A stretch of DNA of 64,000 bases, from NCBI RefSeq assembly GCF_009914755.1, contig NC_060937.1, one strand, 5' to 3'. Below the pieces are notes generated by a model. The model had not been told where the DNA came from, searched no databases, and was given only the letters and a program-made list of their open reading frames with translations. Of the stretch, positions 57,446 to 64,000 are shown piece after piece. The translations under genes and the position numbers were made by a program. How positions within the stretch are numbered: position 1 is the stretch's first letter; every line of letters begins with the position of its first letter. This DNA comes from the human T2T-CHM13v2.0 reference genome, Homo sapiens.

Positions 57446-59000
57446 TAAGAAAACAAACAGGAGGGAAAGAAGAAAAAGAGAAAGGAGAGAGGAGAGAAAA
57501 ACCTGCTCTTCATCTGATGGTGGACATAGGGGTGGGGACAAATACTAAGTGCATCTCCGGGTGGGCTGCTTGTTTGAAAATCTGATAAAAATGGGTGTCT
57601 CCACTCTCTGCTTCCTTCCCACTCCCTTCAGTGAACTCCTGGGCCATGCCACTCCCCAGCAAATGCTCTCCCAGCTACAGAAATCAATCTCCTATCCCCG
57701 CCTTCTTCTTTCTTTCTTTTCTTTTCTTTTTTTTTTTTTTTAGCTTGGCTTACCTTCCTGTCAACTGCCCTATTTAAAAAAATCAATTAACTAATCAACT
57801 AATTACTCAGCAATTATGTTTTGCTTTTTGACTCCCTGTAGCGTGCTCCTGCCCTGATCCTATATGGTAGTAGCTCCTGATTGTAGGAATGGGCCATTGC
57901 CTCTCCACCTCCCCAGGAAGATCTGTTGGGGGCAGAGGGTGGTGTCTGGAGTTGGGGGATATAGACTGATGTCAAGGCTGTGCATAGCCCATTGTTTCAA
58001 CTGGCTTTTAGTCTTGATATGTAATTTATTTTGATATATTAAACAACATTTTAAAATGCATGAGATTTTTATGTTTGTAAAAAGGGGACAGGGGTTTAAG
58101 GTAAATGAATAGTACTGAAGTACGGAATTGGAGCAAGCCAAACGGAGAGTACAGGGAACAAAAACCTGGAGCAATTCTGGTGAAACTGGGAACTTTACCC
58201 ACAACAACTGTAACTACTTCATTGTTTTCTGTGCACAGTTATGCCCAAGAATCAAGGCTGGTTATTCAGCTTCATGTAAATAGCATTCCCCTTGCCAGTG
58301 TTTACACTAAACTGAGCAATACTAAACATGGAAAATCTTTGTATCATGATTGTATTAATTCTACCAAAAGGGCTTTATCTCTCTACATTGCACACTATCC
58401 TTATGATAATCTTCAGAAAATGTTAAAATTGTGTCAGATTGTCTTTTTTATGTTAAAATTTAAAACATTTATTATTGAAGAAAAATAATAATTAAAAATA
58501 CATTTAGAATTCAAGATCTAGAAATATTTTAAAAAACTACTCTCAGTAATTTAACAGAGTTTGTAAGGCAGAGTTGACTTTGTTGAATTCTTAGGTTTTG
58601 CAACGTGAAGACGAGATTCGTTAGCCTTCCCATGAAAATAGAAGTATGCGTTACATCAGCAGTTCTAGTCTGCTCCCAGCTGAAGGTCAGCTCCACCTGT
58701 ATGCTGCCCCAGCTCCTCTCCAGAACACTCATCATACACCAAGACTTTGATGAATGTACTTTTAAAAAGAGAAGTGCATGCTTGGCTGGAGGGAAGAGGA
58801 TGACAGCGGCTGGGCAGCTAGAATTGGAGCCAAGACAGGCCAGGCTGACAAAGGGCAGCTGACATGCACTGGGAATAAACACGGTAGCCTGGGTCAGAGG
58901 ATCCATCTGCTGCACAGCTGCAGGTGCAAAATGCACATTCATGACTCCTGCACCGCCTTCCTGCACCCTTGGCAGGTGAATGAGGCCAGCCCTGGGCCAG

Positions 59001-59352
59001 TGTATTAGTCCGTTTTCATGCTGCTGATAAAGACATACCTGAGACTGGGAAGAAAAAGAGGTTTAATTGAATTTACAGTTCCACGTGGCTGGGGAGGCTT
59101 CAGAATCATGGCAGGAGGTGAGAGGCACTTCTTACACGGTGGAGGCAAGAGAAAATGAGGAAGATACAAAAGCGGAAACCCATGATAAACCCATCAGATC
59201 TCATGAGACTTATTCACTACCATGAAAACATTATGGGGGAAACTGCCCCCATTCAAATTATCTCCTACCAGATCCCTCGCACAACACGTGGTAATTATGG
59301 GAGTACAATTCAAGATGAGATTTGGGCAGGAACACAGAGCCAAACCACATCA
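59001..59352 (-). mobile_element. THE1C-like solo LTR
   Basis: tgtattagtccgttttcatgctgctgataaagac...aaaccacatca. TSD gccag at 58996-59000 and 59353-59357. Confidence 0.92.
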
Positions 59353-60210
59353 GCCAGTGTTGGGGCAGAGGGCATACAGAGGCTGCCCTGACCTGTGCTC
59401 TGATTCTGTGGGTGGTTTTGCACCACAGCGACAGTCTGTTTTGTTAGTATGCAAAAGAAACACAGAGGGGAAAGGGGCTCCTTAATATACACGTTTGTTA
59501 TTTAATTGTTTGTTAAAATATAATAGGTCAAATCACCATTTCCAAGACAACAATGACATTCAAATGAAAATCAAATCAATCAGGATCTATTGAGGCCAAT
59601 AATGTACCTGGTTACTGGGAGTAATGAAAAGATGATGGAGATATTGATTCTGCCTTCAAGAAGCTTACAGTTTAGTGGCAGAGGTAGGACCTAAATACAT
59701 AAAAATCTTGATGAAAATAACACTAAATGCTTAGTGACATTTTAAAAGTATGTTTACACAGTCCCTGATTTAGGAACTGTCTAACAGGAACATCTAACAG
59801 ATTTCTTGGTGCATAAACCCTTCATCTTACTGTAGAAACAATTATCTGCCCCAGAAATTCTTGGAGAGCCCAAGGTGCTCCACGGAGGCCCCCCAAACTC
59901 CCTTGACAAAATCCTGGGGTCCTGGAAGAAGCTTTTGGAGTCCTGCAAAAGCTTAGGGAAGGAAGTTTTGGCCTCTGTTGGGGACAATGTGTTTCTGGTA
60001 TCCCAAATTGAAACTCAGAGAACACGTTCATATAGAAACAACATAAAAATAGGTGACCAGGTAAATAATAGGTGACAGTGTTAGGTTGCAATTAAATCAC
60101 AATTTGTGCTAAATAGATATTTGCAAGAGTAGAACATTTTTGATGCTAATTTTGTTTAAAAATGTGTTCAAAGTACCATATACCTGACTTCTTTACAAAT
60201 ACACTTTCCA

Positions 60211-60497
60211 TCCCAGCACTTCGGGAGGCCGAGGCGGGTGGATCATGAGGTCAGGAGATCGAGACCATCCTGGCTAACACAGTGAAACCCTGTCTCTACT
60301 AAAAAATACAAAAAATTAGCGGGGCGTGTTGGCGGGCGCCTGTAGTCCCACCTACTTAGGAGGCTGACGTAGAAGAATGGCGTGAACCCAGGAGGCGGAG
60401 CTTGCAGTGAGCCGAGATCGCGCCACTGCACTCCTGCCTGGGTGACGGAGCGAGACTCCAGCTAAAAAAATAAATAAATAAATAGATAAATAATAAA
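60211..60497 (+). mobile_element. 5'-truncated AluY
   Basis: Starts at tcccagcact (lacks ~28 nt including the A box). Perfect 16-bp TSD acaaatacactttcca at 60195-60210 and 60498-60513. Confidence 0.95.
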
Positions 60498-61454
60498 ACA
60501 AATACACTTTCCAGAAATCAGCCAATGCGTGAGCCAGGGCTGACCACAAAAGAGATGTCATAGGGAGTCCTTGATTAGTTGCCAAATTAATAGCACTGAT
60601 GTAAGTTGTTATTATGGCTCAGAGGCAAAAATATCTCTCTTACACCTAGGATAGTCAGGAAGAACCAGGCTCCGAGATCTGGGGGATGAAGGATCTAAGG
60701 TACTGGACCTCTCTGCTCCTGATGGTTAGAATGGGTAGAGTGCTTCTAGCCCTCCAGAACCAAGAGGAAAAAGGATTTGCAAAAATCGTTGCAAGTCAAA
60801 GAGAGGGATTTCCCTTTCAGGCAGGGTCCTTTTCATTCCACCTGACTTTTTCCTTTAAAAATGCATCCAGTTAAAGAAGAGCAAAATTCAAACAGCAATG
60901 ATTAAGGACCAACGTCTAGTTTAGGAGGCGAGGGACACAGAAACAAAATTTTGTATTGAAAATTAATATGTTTCCCATAAGCCAGTTGATACATGTATTT
61001 CCTAACACTTCTTACATTAAATATTAATTAACTAGAATAATTATTAGCTTAAACTGTTTGGGCCAGGTCCTCTCTAGTTTGTAAATTACTAACTGGTTAT
61101 GAATCATAGATTCAGGGACCGCCTCACTTCTTTTCAGCATCTTTCCTGGATACCTAAGGGCCTAAGAGTTAACACGGCACCCCTCCGCCTGCCGACCCAT
61201 GGAATGATCCCCATCCAGGGCAGAACAGACACCCTCAGTTTCTAATCTAGGGGTGCTCTCCTCCCCAGGAGCCCTGAGTCCTCTGTAAGGAGCAGGTTTA
61301 CTCATCTCATCTATTAAGAAGACAAGAGAGCACTTTCCAGAAGATCCCAGCAGCCTGGCACTTCACTCTCACATCACAGCGCTCTGTCGGAAGGATTTTT
61401 TTCTGAAAAGGTGCTTCTTATCTTGTTTTCCTTTGAAACCTCTTCAAAGGGGAG

Positions 61455-61620
61455 CTCTGACCCAGGCGGGTGGTGGAGATGTGAGATAAGTCCTGCTTCA
61501 CGGCGCGGAGTTGTGAGTTGTGAGAGAGTGCGGGCTCAGGGCGGCGTGAGCTGGACTCCAAGCTAGCGGCTTTGCCGGCACAGCCTGTTCTTTAAAAACA
61601 AACAAACAACCGGTCAGTGT
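61455..61620. promoter_or_regulatory. Small GC/CpG-rich unique patch (candidate promoter, enhancer or CTCF site)
   Basis: 10 CpG in ~160 bp, with GC-box-like aggcgggtgg and agggcggcg. Confidence 0.4.
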
Positions 61621-61754
61621 CACCACTTTGAGTCTCTTCTGGATTTTTGAGGTGTAATTCCTCATCAGCAGCTTTGAGGCAACTTTTTTTTTCTTCAATC
61701 AGGGCTGGCTCTTTGAAATTTGTTGACTGTGTTTTGATTTTAAAACTTTATCTC

Positions 61755-62199
<445 letters not shown>

Positions 62200-63809
62200 T
62201 TACAGTTTATGTTTATTGGAAGTAGATCTTGAAAGAAATATTTTTAGAGGATAAAATCCTAACATATTGTCAGCATTGACTTATTTAGCTATATTGTATA
62301 GCACAGCTAAGGGACAGTGAGAAAAAGTAGGTTGACTGGCTATCTGTGATAGCATTTGCAGGTTATATCACAAATGATCACTACTCTGCTACATCTTGGA
62401 AATGCAGTTTCTTCGGTAAATATGGAATGGTTCTTTAAGGTTGAATCTATTCATTCTTTTCAGCTCTTACCACAGAAAAGTTTTTCTGCAAGGAAAGTAT
62501 TTCTAGAAGATGGCCAACTTTATTCCTATTAGCAGCCAACATTAGAAAAGAAATGCAAATGTGATTGCATCTTGTTACTTGGTAACTGGAAGTACACACA
62601 TTTGGGCCGGGAAAACGTATTTGACAAAAGGATCCATTTTGGCGACTCCCCTCCCCCTGACTGGCCTGCTGCATGTACTCGTGTGTCACATTCAGTCTTA
62701 TTTTGAGTTGAAGGATCTGCGGAAAAGTGTGTGCGGCTGATTCCCAGTTGGGAAAAGCTCATATTGCAGAGCCCTGGGATGGTGTTTCTTACAGTGTGGC
62801 CCATGGGGTTCTCAGAGAGCTGACAGAGGAAGCTGGCTTAGGCCAAGCCGCAGCTCTAATGAGCTCAGCCTTCTCTGGTGCCATAGCTGGGAATCCTGTA
62901 AGATAGATAGACGTGATTGCTTACACTTTCTTCTCGTGAAAAAAAAAAAAATTAGAAAGAGAACCCTGGGCTTTTCTGGACGTGATGATTAGTAAAGCAA
63001 CAAAGTCTAATTCTCACTGCAATTTTAGTGTTTTTTGTATGGCTTAGAGAATTTGGCAACATCTCAGTAAGTGGGACTAATTGGAAGCAAGGCAATACTA
63101 AATTGGTCCACACAGAGCCTCACAGCAACCTTACCCCAGGAAGTCTCTTGCTTGAGTAGAATTTGGAAGTACTGGGTGTTTTTTTTTGTTTTGTTTTTTT
63201 TTGTTGTTGTTGTTTTTTGCTGCTTTTGCAGTATTAAAATGAGGCAAGACAAGCAGGTGGACACATCTCAGAGTTCTGGGTCAGGCATGCCACCATCGTA
63301 TAGGCAGTGAAAACCTGTCCCAGTAAAAATGTGGATTGAACAGGAACGAATCCAGAAAGGAATTGGTAGGCCTGATGTGTTTTTACAAGGTGTTTCAAAT
63401 TGATTGGTTAATCCTCATGGCATCTGGAGTGTGGAACTACAGAGAGAAGCCCCACAGAGGCTTCAACTAAACTGGGATTAGAACTCAGCCAGAGTAATTA
63501 GTCCACTAAAGCAAAGAAAGCAGAGAGGGAATTTCTTATATTGTACTTGGTTGATAGATTTCAAGTGATGCTTCATTTAGGGGAAAATAAATTTTGAGGA
63601 TTTTAAGCCCAATTAAGGTACAACTTTGAGACTGCATTTTGAACAAGATAAGCAGAGTGGCCTCTGAGTCTTCATGATGTGATTCACATAGAAACATTCC
63701 CCATTTCTTTATATTTATCTGGCTTCTAACATCGTTTAAGGATGAACTCAAATGGTGTCTCCTTTGTGAAGTCTTTTCTGCTTATAAAAGTAGTTATGAC
63801 TTGCTGCTA

Positions 63810-63935
63810 AGCATTTTAGTTGTCATCCTTAGAGCAACTCTGTGAATACTTTAAAGATAAAAAGAGCTGAGAGTTAGAAAAATAAATTGCTAGTGAATGT
63901 CAGAGTTAGAATTCAAACTCATGAATGCTGAGTTA
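63810..63935 (-). mobile_element. MIR
   Basis: gagctgagagttag...gtcagagttagaattcaaactca. Confidence 0.55.
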
Positions 63936-64000
63936 ATGCATGTCTTGTGAAAAACCAGTTTCCTCCTACCCTATAGGTAATTAACCTACCCTTTGCTTTC

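Noticed and set aside
63060-63400. Possible L3/CR1 fragment
   Set aside because: Only faint similarity (gagttctggg...gaatccagaaagg); not supportable by eye.

Overview
Primate (almost certainly human) AT-rich non-coding genomic DNA. I find no credible protein-coding gene: the ORF track is Alu/L1/LTR-derived or random. Roughly half the window is recognisable interspersed repeat: about 13 Alus plus FLAM/FRAM monomers, a ~7.5 kb near-full-length old L1M on the minus strand with four nested insertions, L1PA 3' ends, L2, MIR, THE1/MLT1/MER31 solo LTRs and MER5/MER20/Tigger/Charlie DNA-transposon relics. Non-repeat parts carry + strand splice and polyadenylation signals consistent with the 3' end of a spliced lncRNA (9129-9191 plus 9664-~9942; from memory it resembles the CASC15 3' end at 6p22.3, unverified). 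There are further candidate exons next to a (CTG)18 repeat, and several CpG-retaining or TCF/SOX-motif-rich candidate enhancers. The most unusual item is a short L1PA insertion (46359-46668) whose 5' end, inside the target-site duplication, is a 20/20 antisense copy of U1 snRNA nt 13-32, i.e. an inverted U1/L1 chimera. Repeat subfamily names are from recalled consensus sequences, not from a database search.
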